Of a DNA stretch of 64,000 nucleotides, positions 36,578 through 45,092 are shown in pieces (within the stretch, counting starts at the first letter, position 1; every line of letters begins with the position of its first letter). The stretch covers positions 8,741 through 72,740 of the forward strand of contig CAYTCZ010000001.1 in the NCBI GenBank assembly GCA_964436315.1, given 5' to 3'. Position numbers and translations under genes: made by a program. The DNA is from an uncultured Gaiellales bacterium. Lineage in GTDB: Bacteria > Actinomycetota > Thermoleophilia > Gaiellales > Gaiellaceae. The notes beneath the pieces are model-generated. The model did no database searches and had not been told where the DNA came from. It saw nothing but the letters and a program-made list of their open reading frames with translations.

Positions 36578-39500
36578 GGCCTGGGCGCGCTGCTTGTGAT
36601 CGAGGCCCGCCCAGGTGACGAAGGTGTGGCCGTCGTGGTCGAGCGACGGGTAGCTGGTGAAGCGTTCCTTCGGGACGTCGAGCTTGCCGCGCAGGGTGTA
36701 GACCGTGCCGGACTGGAAGTCGCCCTTGGTGTACTTGGGGGGCTTGGGGATCTTGACCTTCTCGCCGGCGTCTTCGCGGCGCTGGAGGTCCCAGACCTTC
36801 TCCCAGGTGCGGCGCTTCTTGATGCCGCCCTTCTTGTATCGCTGGGCGGGGAGGAACGGGACGGACTCGCCGGCGACCAGGTCGGCTATGAGCTTGTCGA
36901 CCAGCACGTTGGGGTTGTGGGTGTAGCGTTCGGCGACCTGCATGAAGTCGGCATCTTCGCGGGCGCGGTCGGCGAGCTCGGCGAGGCGGCGCAGGCGGGG
37001 CTGGGGGTCGTCGCGGTCGCCGAGGTATGCCGGGGTTTCGAGGCGATCGAGGAGCCAGCCGCGCAGCGCGTCCTGCTCGCGGTCTTCCCAACTGTCGCGG
37101 TTCCAGCGGCGCTTGTATTCGGGCTGCTCGATCAGGCGGACGAAGCGGCGCTCGGCGATGAGGTCGATGCGGCGCTGGACGAGGTCGCGGTACCACGCCG
37201 GCCAGCGGTCGGGGATTTCGGTGATGGGGGTCGAGCCGTGGCGATCGAACCAACTGGTGGCGAGGTCGCCGGACTCGAGCTTGCGGGCCATCACGATCTC
37301 GAACGCGCGCTCGCCGAGCTTCACCTGGGGGACGTCGTCGAGGTCGTCGGCGAGCGGAGCCTCGCCGTCGTCGAGCAGGCCGTAGAGTTCGTAGCAGCGC
37401 CAGTCGAGCTCTTCCTGCAGGGCGACCATCTGGCGTTCGAGCGACTCGGCGTTATCCCGGGCGTCGTCGAGCGCCGCGGCGGTCGGCGTGCTGGCGTCGG
37501 CGAGCGATGCGGGCTGCAGCTCGCCGAGCCGTTGCGCGAGCCGGTCGAGCTTCGTCGCGAGCTGGAGCGGTCGCGTTTCGGTGAGGGGGAACTGTTTGAT
37601 TTTGGTGCCGTCGAACTCGTAAAAGTCTTCGAAGGCCTCGTCCCGCGTCCGAGCGCCCTTTGAATCAGCGCCATAGCCCTTGTTGAAGAAAACCTGCTTC
37701 ATCCAGAAGCACGCCGTCGAGCTGTTCAGGAGGCCCAGCAGTCCCAGGTGGTCGTCTTCCGTCGCGTCGGCGGGGAGTTTGATGACCGGTGCGGACTGTT
37801 TGAACACCTTGCCACCGCGGTCGAGGACGAAGTGGTTGTGGGTGGCGACGAAGGCGAACGTGATGGAGAGCGGGGTTCTGAGTCGATACTCGTAGTGCTC
37901 CAAGTGCACAAAATACGGTTCGCCGCGTTGTTCCAATGATTTGCCGAACACGGTCCGCCGCTGTAGCAATTCGCGATTTCGCCAGAAATAGGCAACGGGC
38001 ACTTCAGTAATACCGAGCGCGGCTCCTCCCATCTCTTCATAGGGGTACGGGGCGATTGTTCGCGGCACGATTTGATAGTCCCTCACATCCTGTCCTGTGA
38101 CGACCGGGACGGATAGCTTTGAAAGCCCTGCGCGCCGAGAACTCGCGGTATCGTGGAGCCATGCATCGTCTTCGCCGAAAACGGTTGTACGACCGATGTC
38201 TCCGCTCGTCTGCTCAAGGACGACGCCCTCGCCATCGAGGACCTGCTTCACCTCCAGCGCGCCACCACCACGAAGACTCCAAGGATGAGTCGACAGAAGT
38301 TCACCCTCCAGATCACTAACGGTCACGAAGTCGTTCTCGAAGCCGACCTCATCGGTGTGCTCGGAAATGGAGCGCCAGACTTTTCCCATCCGCGGATCGT
38401 CGGGTGTCTTGGGTTCGCCGCGAATCCCGAGGATGGCGCGTACCTCCGGGGAAGACGGCGCCTGGTTGCGGCCGAAAAGGATGACGGTGGGGGTGCCGTG
38501 CCCCGGGATGTAGGCGCCCGAGGTGTCGATGACGTGGGTGAGGTCGGTCTGCGGGATGACGCTCTCGATGAGCTTCGAGCCGAACTCGCGCTTCATGAAC
38601 GAGTTGGCGACGATCTGGCCGACGTAGCCGGCCTGGTCGTGCGGCCAGCGCTCGCCCGAGAACAGGTCGTCGCCCAGCCGCTCGCCGCCGGCGAGCTCGA
38701 AGAAGCGCTCGTAGAACGGGCAGACGAGGGCGTACTGGCGGTAGCAAGACTCGTAGAGGTCGCGGTAGGCGTCGCGGGCGGCCTTGTCCTTGGGGGTGAT
38801 GTAGGGCGGGTTGCCGACGACGGCGTGGTACTGCTGGCCCAAGACGTAGTCGATGAGGTCGTTGTCCTCGGTGACCCAGCGGTCCTGGTCGGTCAGCTTG
38901 AACTGGTTCAGCTCGAGCTGGGCGACGTTCTTCGTCGCGCTGGTCTCGAACCGGGGGAAGCGCTTGCCGTGAATCAGCGTATCGCCGACGGCGATGTGGA
39001 GCGGCAGGTCGGGGACGTCGTCGAGCTTGAGGTCGACACTGACCGCGGTCATCGCGGCGATGAGGAGGCGGAAGCGGGCGATGGCGACGGCGAAGGGGTT
39101 GAGGTCGACGCCGTGGGTTGCGTCGAGGGCCTCGCGGACGAGGTCGATGCGGGGGACGCCGGGGCGCGCGGCGAGCTTCTTCTGGAACAGCCGGCGGAAG
39201 CCGCCGAGGAGGAAGTGGCCCGAGCCGCAGGTGGGGTCGATGAAGCGGACGGTGTCGAGGCCGAAGGTCTCGATGGCGGGCTCGAGGGTGTAGTCGAGGA
39301 TGTAGTCTTCGACGAAGTCGGGGGTCTGGAGGAGGGCGAAGCGTTTCTTCGCGTGTTCCGAGAGCTCCTGGTAGAGATCGCCGAGGAAACGGGTGTCGCG
39401 CTGCGCGCGACGCTCTGCGCTCTGCGCTCTGCGCTCTGCGCTCTGATGGCCGGGACGGCCATCCACCGATTTCTCGTCCGCCGAATGATGGCCGGGACGG

Positions 39501-40027
39501 CCATCCACCGAAGAGGCGAACTCGCGCTTCAACCGACCGGTGTCGGGGTCGATTTCGCGCCAGAACTTGAGGATTGCGCGGCCGGCATCGGCGGACGGGC
39601 GGACGTTGTAGAGGGGGTTTCGTTTGGGGCCGAAGAGCGCCCCGGCGGGGAGCGTGGCGAAGTGGCGGAAGACGTGGAGGAGGTAGTCGGTCTCGGAGTC
39701 GGTGGGGTGCTTCTGGAAGTACTCGTCGGTGCGGTCGCGGGCGTCTTCGCCGGCGCGGTCGTCGCCGGCGATCCAGACGCCGTCGACTAAGACATTGTCC
39801 TCCAGAAAGCGGACGAAGACGCTGGTGAGGACCCAGGCGACGGCGACCTGCGTGAGGTAGTCTTCGAGCCACGCTTCGAGCTCGTCGGCGGTGCGGGACT
39901 TGTCGACGGCTTCCTGCCAGGCGGCGGTGAGGCCTTCGCGGACTTCGGCGTTGGTGTCGACCTGGCGATCGAGGTCTTCGACGAGATCGGTGACGAGCGA
40001 ACGGAGTTCGGAGATGTCGTACTTCAT
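36350..40027 (-). CDS. pglX: BREX N6-adenine DNA methyltransferase PglX (1,225 aa)
   Basis: True start is ATG 40027 (MKYDISELRSLVTDL...), codon 512 of the maximal track ORF. SAM motif I FIDPTCGSGHFLLG and motif IV VVGNPPYITPKDK. The upstream 511 codons are Pro/Ser/Ala shadow overlapping another gene. Confidence 0.9.
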   Translation of the reverse strand: MKYDISELRSLVTDLVEDLDRQVDTNAEVREGLTAAWQEAVDKSRTADELEAWLEDYLTQVAVAWVLTSVFVRFLEDNVLVDGVWIAGDDRAGEDARDRTDEYFQKHPTDSETDYLLHVFRHFATLPAGALFGPKRNPLYNVRPSADAGRAILKFWREIDPDTGRLKREFASSVDGRPGHHSADEKSVDGRPGHQSAERRAQSAERRAQRDTRFLGDLYQELSEHAKKRFALLQTPDFVEDYILDYTLEPAIETFGLDTVRFIDPTCGSGHFLLGGFRRLFQKKLAARPGVPRIDLVREALDATHGVDLNPFAVAIARFRLLIAAMTAVSVDLKLDDVPDLPLHIAVGDTLIHGKRFPRFETSATKNVAQLELNQFKLTDQDRWVTEDNDLIDYVLGQQYHAVVGNPPYITPKDKAARDAYRDLYESCYRQYALVCPFYERFFELAGGERLGDDLFSGERWPHDQAGYVGQIVANSFMKREFGSKLIESVIPQTDLTHVIDTSGAYIPGHGTPTVILFGRNQAPSSPEVRAILGIRGEPKTPDDPRMGKVWRSISEHTDEVGFENDFVTVSDLEGELLSTHPWSLRGGGALEVKQVLDGEGVVLEQTSGDIGRTTVFGEDDAWLHDTASSRRAGLSKLSVPVVTGQDVRDYQIVPRTIAPYPYEEMGGAALGITEVPVAYFWRNRELLQRRTVFGKSLEQRGEPYFVHLEHYEYRLRTPLSITFAFVATHNHFVLDRGGKVFKQSAPVIKLPADATEDDHLGLLGLLNSSTACFWMKQVFFNKGYGADSKGARTRDEAFEDFYEFDGTKIKQFPLTETRPLQLATKLDRLAQRLGELQPASLADASTPTAAALDDARDNAESLERQMVALQEELDWRCYELYGLLDDGEAPLADDLDDVPQVKLGERAFEIVMARKLESGDLATSWFDRHGSTPITEIPDRWPAWYRDLVQRRIDLIAERRFVRLIEQPEYKRRWNRDSWEDREQDALRGWLLDRLETPAYLGDRDDPQPRLRRLAELADRAREDADFMQVAERYTHNPNVLVDKLIADLVAGESVPFLPAQRYKKGGIKKRRTWEKVWDLQRREDAGEKVKIPKPPKYTKGDFQSGTVYTLRGKLDVPKERFTSYPSLDHDGHTFVTWAGLDHKQRAQALATFFYQARDEFGFDPERLTLVLAGIHDLVPWVKQWHNELDPQFGIRFGDYLEGFVAQEASALGVGLEAVEKARL
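39411..39445 (-). repeat. Five perfect tandem copies of a 7-nt unit (CAGAGCG on the coding strand) inside pglX
   Basis: The + strand reads CGCTCTG x5. It encodes QSAERRAQSAER (PglX codons 195-206), upstream of the methyltransferase motifs (about aa 263 and 406). Confidence 0.85.
39434..39511 (-). repeat. 42-nt in-frame duplication (SVDGRPGH...) in pglX; each copy contains the perfect hairpin ATGGCCG-GGA-CGGCCAT
   Basis: Protein reads SSVDGRPGHHSADEKSVDGRPGHQSAE, with copies starting at PglX codons 173 and 187. The palindrome was read directly on the + strand. Confidence 0.8.
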
Positions 40028-40088
40028 GTGTGCGTCCCCTGTGTGGCGAGAGGGGGAGGTATAGCACGCGGCGGGGGGAGGAGAGCAA

Positions 40089-40322
40089 GCCGCACGCTCG
40101 CGCGTGCGGTGACCGGCGCGCTGCGCGCGCACGCCGGCTGACGCCGGCAGAGAAAGGGTAGGGAGAGACTGCACGCCGCACGCTCGCGCGTGCGGAGACC
40201 GGCGCGCTGCGCGCGCACGCCGGCTGACGCCGGCAGGTGAAGGGTAGGGAGAGACTGCACGCCGCACGCTCGCGCGTGCGGAGACCGGCGCGCTGCGCGC
40301 GCACGCCGGCTGACGCCGGCAG
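40089..40322. repeat. Tandem 86-bp structured repeats (two full copies 40151-40236 and 40237-40322, plus a partial ~62-bp copy) in the pglX leader
   Basis: Unit: ...GGGTAGGGAGAGACTGCACGCCGCACGCTCGCGCGTGCGGAGACCGGCGCGCTGCGCGCGCACGCCGGCTGACGCCGGCAG. Each unit holds three GC palindromes (CCGCACG..CGTGCGG, GCGCGC..GCGCGC, GCCGGC-TGAC-GCCGGC). No unique spacers are present. Confidence 0.85.
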
Positions 40323-40343
40323 GGGCGGCGAGCGAGGGACGAT

Positions 40344-41639
40344 TCAGGGCAACATGACAAGGAGATCGCGGAGGAATGCTTGGAGGGGGCGGGGGTCGGG
40401 GGTCCCGGGACGAAGGGGGATGACGCCGACGGTTTCGGTGACGCCGAAGAGGCGGCAGGAGTGGGTGTCGAGGGGGGCGATGGCCCAGGCGCGGCGGGGG
40501 TGCTTGATGACGGGGACGCCGGCGATGTGGCGGGGCTCGGCGCGGACGAGGGTGCGGGCGTAGCGGCCTTTGGTTTCGAGGTGGTCGGGGGCGAGGGCGA
40601 GGGTGGGGTCGAGGACGATGGACTCGACGGAGTCGTGGGTGGTGACGTTGAGGACGAGGTCGGGGGTTTGCTCGGAGCGTTCGGTGGTGCGGAGTCCGCA
40701 GGGGTGGAGGTTGGGTCCGATGCGGGGTTCGATCCAGAGTTCGACTTCGGTGGAGCCGGAGCCCGATAGCTCGACGCGTCCGCCGAGGAAGACGGCCCAG
40801 ACGGCCTGGCTGTCGGAGTCGGGGGTCCAGCCGAGGTCGGCGAGGGCCGCGAGGAGCTGCAGTGCGCACCAGCGCTCGTAGAGGAACGGGAGGTCGGCGA
40901 TGTCGACCGGTGAGCTGAGCGTGCGGTCGAGGTGGCTCTCGAGCGACAGGGCGGGATCGAGCCAGTGGCGGACGAGGCGGCGCAGGCGCTGCCAGGTCGC
41001 GCCGCGTGGGAACGGTCGCGGGATTCGCTCGCGCGGGAAGACGGGGCCACCGGCGCGGAGCTCGATGACGCGGCGGGCGCGGTCGAGGCGTTCGGTGGCA
41101 GCGTCGAGGCGCTGTGCGGTCTCGTCGAGGCGCGCGAGCTCGTCGTCGGACCAGGACGACTGCAGGCCCTGGCGGACGCTCCGGAGCTCGTCGAGCTGGG
41201 TGGCGAAGCGCTCGCGCAGTTCCTGGAGTTCGGAGGCGACGCGCTCGACGATGAAGACGAGCCAGCGGAGGGCGTCGGGGGAGGTGGTCTCGACGACAGC
41301 GGGGCGCAGCCAGTAGCGGGGAGTCCAGTCGCCGTCGTCGGAGCGTTCGAAGGCCCAGGGGGCGCGGGAGAGGTGTGCGCGTGCGGGGCGTTGTGTCCGC
41401 TCCATCCGTTCGGTGGAGAGGACGGACTCCATCGACTCGGCGAGGAGCTTCGGGGTGGATCGGGCGAGGACGTCGGCGGCGTGCAGGGCGCCGGCGATCG
41501 AGGTGAGGGGCGCGGGTGCGAAGTCACGGAGGGCGCGGCTGACGCCCTCTTCGCGGCCACGTTCGAGCAGGAAAGCCGCCTGTCGACGCAGGTCGAGGAC
41601 CATCGCGGCGACCATCTCGTCGTAGGTGACCGCGGTCAT
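40344..41639 (-). CDS. McrC-like / DUF2357-type PD-(D/E)XK nuclease partner of the upstream AAA_5 ATPase (431 aa)
   Basis: Start ATG 41639 (MTAVTYDEM...) overlaps the upstream stop (ATGA). C-terminal TPDLVLNV ... IVLDPT ... LETKGRY is compatible with a D...E-x-K site. The rest of the track ORF (41640-43277) is out-of-frame shadow. Confidence 0.55.
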   Translation of the reverse strand: MTAVTYDEMVAAMVLDLRRQAAFLLERGREEGVSRALRDFAPAPLTSIAGALHAADVLARSTPKLLAESMESVLSTERMERTQRPARAHLSRAPWAFERSDDGDWTPRYWLRPAVVETTSPDALRWLVFIVERVASELQELRERFATQLDELRSVRQGLQSSWSDDELARLDETAQRLDAATERLDRARRVIELRAGGPVFPRERIPRPFPRGATWQRLRRLVRHWLDPALSLESHLDRTLSSPVDIADLPFLYERWCALQLLAALADLGWTPDSDSQAVWAVFLGGRVELSGSGSTEVELWIEPRIGPNLHPCGLRTTERSEQTPDLVLNVTTHDSVESIVLDPTLALAPDHLETKGRYARTLVRAEPRHIAGVPVIKHPRRAWAIAPLDTHSCRLFGVTETVGVIPLRPGTPDPRPLQAFLRDLLVMLP

Positions 41640-43468
41640 GCCTGGACCACGTCGAAGCCGGACTCGAGCATCGCGCGCCATCGTTCGAAGCGCTCGGCGC
41701 AGAGAGGAAGCCGTGCTCCCCAGTCGTCGGCCCACGTCTCGGAGAGGTCGGCGATCACCTCGTGGTCCCCGGGCTCGCCGACGAAGAGTCGGACCTTGCT
41801 GAGGACCTGGGTGACGAGGACGAGGTCGATGACGTCCCAGCGGGTCGCGCCGAGCTCTTCGAGGCCACCGAAGGCGTCCTGGATGGCGAGGGCGGTGCGC
41901 ATCGAGAAGACGGCGCCGCGGGATTCGAGGCGGTAGTGGAGGTCTTTGATCGCCTGCAGCTCGTCGGGCTCGAGGTCGACGTCGAGGCGTTCGATCATCG
42001 CCTCGGGGGAGAGTTCGACCTGGATGAGGGTGACGCGGTCGAGGACGCGGGGGGAGAGGTCGCGGGTGGTGTGGTCGGAGTTGATGGTGCCGACGATGCG
42101 AAGCGCGGGCGAGAGTGTGACGGCGGCGCGTTCGTCCTCGCTGTTCCAGTGCTCGGGGGCGGTACCGCCGAGCTCGATTCGGCGGCCGTCGAGGTCGTCG
42201 GGCGCGTACTGCGAGCGGACGAGGAGGTCGGAGAGCCAGTATTCGGGCGGGCTGAGGTTGAACTCTTCGAAGACGACGACGAAGGGGTCGCGGACGCCTT
42301 CGTTCCATGCACGTTCCGCCCGTTTGAGGAAGTCGGTGAAGGGGGTGGGGCGGAAGGTGCCGGTCATCGGGTTGGTGTAGCCGAGCAGGTCTTCGCGACC
42401 GCGCCAGGTGGAGGGGACGGCCTCGACGTGGCGGCGGTCTTCGTCGGTGACGCTGAGCGCGAGGCGCGACTTGCCGATGCCGGGGGCTCCGCGCAAGAGG
42501 ATCATCGCGTTGGGGCGGCGGCCGGCGAGCCAGAGGGCTCGGACGACGTCCTCGCCGTACTGCGCGCCGATGCGGCCGATCTGGCCGAGCTCGAAGAGGG
42601 GTGGGAAGGCGGGCGCGGGTTCCTCGGGGACGGCGACGGGCTCCGCCACTGGCGCGTCGGCGGGGGTCTCGGGCTCGGCGGCGACCTCGGGCTGGGGCGG
42701 CTCGGCGGGTTCGTCGGACTTCGGCGGCGCCTCGCTGGCCGGCGCGGCACGCTTCACCGGCTTGAAGTTCTGGAGCTGGCTGAATGGGGAGTCGAACCCG
42801 GCGCTCTCCTCGACCCACCTTCGCCCCTTCCGATTGCGGCGCTTGTCGTTGAGGGTGGCAGCGTTCTCGAGCGGTCCTTGGAGTCGCTTCAGGCTCTTGC
42901 GTCGTGGATCGTTGCCGATTCCGTTGCGGACGAACGCCTCGTCGAGGTGGTCGAGCATCCGGGCGACGGCGGTCGAATCGAAGTGTCGCATGTAGGGGCG
43001 TCCGACGCTGTCGTAACGCTGCGGCTCGACGCGCAGGTCGGACAGATGGATCGACCAGTCCTTTCGCGGATGGACCTTGTAGATGCTCTTGTGCCCGATC
43101 GAGATCTCTTCGACCTGTTTGACGACGTAGAGTCCGGCGAGGGTGTGACGCCCGTTTCCGACGGATCCGGCGGGCTCTTTGAACTGGTGGGTGAAGAGGA
43201 AGAGCACCTGGTCGTCGAGCGCGCGGGCATCCTCGTCGAGGAGCCACTTGGCCCCCTTTTCGTCGATGATGAACCACGGCTTTTGCGCATCGAAGAGGTA
43301 GACCTGATAACAGCGGTCGTCGCCGCGGTCACAGTAATCGGCCCGGAACTGCCTCTTGGCGCCGCAGTCCCAGTTGCACGGGTCGTTGCAGACGGTCCCG
43401 TTCCATCCCGCGCGGTGCGCGTTGACCTGGCAACCCCAGGCTCCTCCAGTTTCTGGCCAGAACGACAT
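41636..43468 (-). CDS. McrB-like AAA_5 ATPase/GTPase with Cys-rich N-terminal domain and Pro/Glu/Ala linker (610 aa)
   Basis: Walker A RGAPGIGKS, Walker B FVVVFEEFN, VGTINSDHTTRDLSPRVLDR. N-terminus WGCQVNAHRAGWNGTVCNDPCNWDCGAKRQFRADYCDRGDDRCY. GGAGAGGGGA precedes ATG 43468. Confidence 0.75.
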   Translation of the reverse strand: MSFWPETGGAWGCQVNAHRAGWNGTVCNDPCNWDCGAKRQFRADYCDRGDDRCYQVYLFDAQKPWFIIDEKGAKWLLDEDARALDDQVLFLFTHQFKEPAGSVGNGRHTLAGLYVVKQVEEISIGHKSIYKVHPRKDWSIHLSDLRVEPQRYDSVGRPYMRHFDSTAVARMLDHLDEAFVRNGIGNDPRRKSLKRLQGPLENAATLNDKRRNRKGRRWVEESAGFDSPFSQLQNFKPVKRAAPASEAPPKSDEPAEPPQPEVAAEPETPADAPVAEPVAVPEEPAPAFPPLFELGQIGRIGAQYGEDVVRALWLAGRRPNAMILLRGAPGIGKSRLALSVTDEDRRHVEAVPSTWRGREDLLGYTNPMTGTFRPTPFTDFLKRAERAWNEGVRDPFVVVFEEFNLSPPEYWLSDLLVRSQYAPDDLDGRRIELGGTAPEHWNSEDERAAVTLSPALRIVGTINSDHTTRDLSPRVLDRVTLIQVELSPEAMIERLDVDLEPDELQAIKDLHYRLESRGAVFSMRTALAIQDAFGGLEELGATRWDVIDLVLVTQVLSKVRLFVGEPGDHEVIADLSETWADDWGARLPLCAERFERWRAMLESGFDVVQA

Positions 43469-43620
43469 GTTCCCCTCTCCTCGTGAGAATGTATCGACGA
43501 CAGAATGCGGGGGTGGGGTCGTCGAGGCAAGAGGCGGAGTGGGCAGAGTTCGACGAGATGGACCGCCGGGCTCCTTCCCGGCGCGGTCGGACGGGCGCCG
43601 CCGCCGGCTCTCGCGGCGAG

Positions 43621-43711
43621 CGGACGGAGCCCCGGCCGAAGGCGGCTCTCAGCGCCGATTCGCGCGTCGCGCGAATCGAACTTCGAGAGCCTTCGGCCGG
43701 GGCTCCATCCG
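43621..43711. repeat. Nested palindrome: 18-bp perfect inverted repeat (43626-43643 / 43689-43706) enclosing a 21-nt palindrome (43657-43677)
   Basis: GGAGCCCCGGCCGAAGGC ... GATTCGCGCG-T-CGCGCGAATC ... GCCTTCGGCCGGGGCTCC, in the 554-nt gap between divergent genes (43468 on - and 44023 on +). Confidence 0.8.
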
Positions 43712-44022
43712 CTCGCTCGCCGAGCCGGACGCTCGCTGGCCCTGGCTCCTTCGTCGCCAGGACCGCTCGCTCGGAGCCTTCCAATGGTCGAAAATTGGGT
43801 CGCAGGCAGGGCGTGTGAGACCGGTGCTGACCGCATACGCAGACGCCAGGTCGGACGGGTACTGCTCGCTCTACGTCACGACGTTGTACGTGTGCCAGCG
43901 GCGAGAGTCGACGGGGGGTGAACCCCGGTGGGTCCCGTGCACGGGGGTCCGGGAGCGCCCTGCTTGTGGGTCGTGGGGTCGCAACGTAGCATGGACCGCA
44001 AACCTATCTACGAGGGGAGACG

Positions 44023-44973
44023 ATGAACGAGTACGAGATTTGGACGGTGCGGGAACGTGACATCGACTTGATGTTGATGCGCGCGCTGGCAGAGAATCGC
44101 GATTTCAGGAGCTGGTTTTTCGATCGGACCGGGATGCCCTCCGACGCGGTGGACGGAAAGGTGAGTGTCCGGCATTCGGTCACTCACGGAAACGGGGAGA
44201 TTGACGTGGTCGTGGAAGTCGAACGAACCGAGAGCGAGGATAAGACGAAGCAGGTCATCCTGATCGAGGACAAAATCAACGCGCCGCTTCAACCCGACCA
44301 AGACAATCGCTACCGGGAGCATGCAGAGGGATTGCGCAACGAAAACACGTCATGCCGAACCGTGCTCTTCGCCCCGGACGACTACCAGCAACCCTGCGAC
44401 TTCGACTTTCGTGTGTCGTACCAGGACACGAAGCGATGGTTCGACGAGCATCGCCCAGGGAGATACGAGAGCGTGGTCTTGGGCTGTGCGATCGACCCGA
44501 ACCGCAGATACATCGCGAAGATCGACGACCAGAACACGGTCTTCTGGCGCGAGTACTATGAGGCAACGCTTTCCTTTCGCGACCGTCGGGGCATCGACCT
44601 CGCCATGCCGGAGCCAGGTGAAAAGCCAGCGGGCTCGACCTCCATTCAGTTTGGTCCTCCGCTGCCAGCGGGCGTGTCGCTTTGGCACAAGTTCACCAAC
44701 GGAATCGTCGATCTGGAGGTGCGAGGTGCAGGGGCACGACGGGCCGAACTGGAACGTCGGCTCGAGCCGTACCGACCCGCGGGATGGGAGGTGGTCGAGG
44801 CGGGAAAGTCTGCCGCAGTCCGCCGAAACGTGGAGCGGTTGAATCCGACGGAGATTGCCAGCAAGCAGAGCGAGCAGATTCTGCGCGCTCATGAAGCCGT
44901 TGCGGATTTCATCTGGTGGCTCCAGATGCCTGGTGTCCGGGCCGTCTTGGCCGACTTTGGCCAGACGCGTTAG
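44023..44973 (+). CDS. PD-(D/E)XK nuclease-superfamily protein (316 aa)
   Basis: ERDIDLMLMRALAEN ... GEIDVVVEVE ... VILIEDKINAPL (D ... E-x-K). GAGGGGAG precedes ATG 44023. Confidence 0.55.
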   Translation: MNEYEIWTVRERDIDLMLMRALAENRDFRSWFFDRTGMPSDAVDGKVSVRHSVTHGNGEIDVVVEVERTESEDKTKQVILIEDKINAPLQPDQDNRYREHAEGLRNENTSCRTVLFAPDDYQQPCDFDFRVSYQDTKRWFDEHRPGRYESVVLGCAIDPNRRYIAKIDDQNTVFWREYYEATLSFRDRRGIDLAMPEPGEKPAGSTSIQFGPPLPAGVSLWHKFTNGIVDLEVRGAGARRAELERRLEPYRPAGWEVVEAGKSAAVRRNVERLNPTEIASKQSEQILRAHEAVADFIWWLQMPGVRAVLADFGQTR

Positions 44974-45092
44974 TCCACGCCTGCGACGAAGGCCCCAAGG
45001 GATGACGTCGCTGGCATCGGGCATCCATCGCGCACTCTCAGCTTTCCCGCTGCCCCTTCGAGGAAGGGAGCGTTACGCTACCGCCTCTCACG

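Noticed and set aside
40073-40322. Possible CRISPR array
   Set aside because: The 86-bp units are contiguous with no unique spacers, the unit length is far above CRISPR repeat size, and no cas genes are present.
40028-41560. N-terminal 511 codons of the maximal 1,736-aa ORF containing pglX
   Set aside because: The translation is a Pro/Ser/Ala/Thr-rich low-complexity run spanning the repeat region and overlapping the McrC-like gene in another frame. A canonical PglX N-terminus (MKYDISELRS...) starts at ATG 40027.
40344-41639. Idea that the McrC-like nuclease is catalytically dead (IVLDPT instead of a D-x-K)
   Set aside because: An alternative E-x-K (LETK) lies 28 residues after the PDLVL aspartate, so an intact PD-(D/E)XK site cannot be excluded without a family alignment.
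41640-43277. Upstream 546 codons of the 977-aa ORF 40344-43277
   Set aside because: The translation is Arg/Pro-rich and lies out of frame over the well-supported AAA_5 ATPase gene (41636-43468). The real gene starts at ATG 41639, coupled to that gene's stop.
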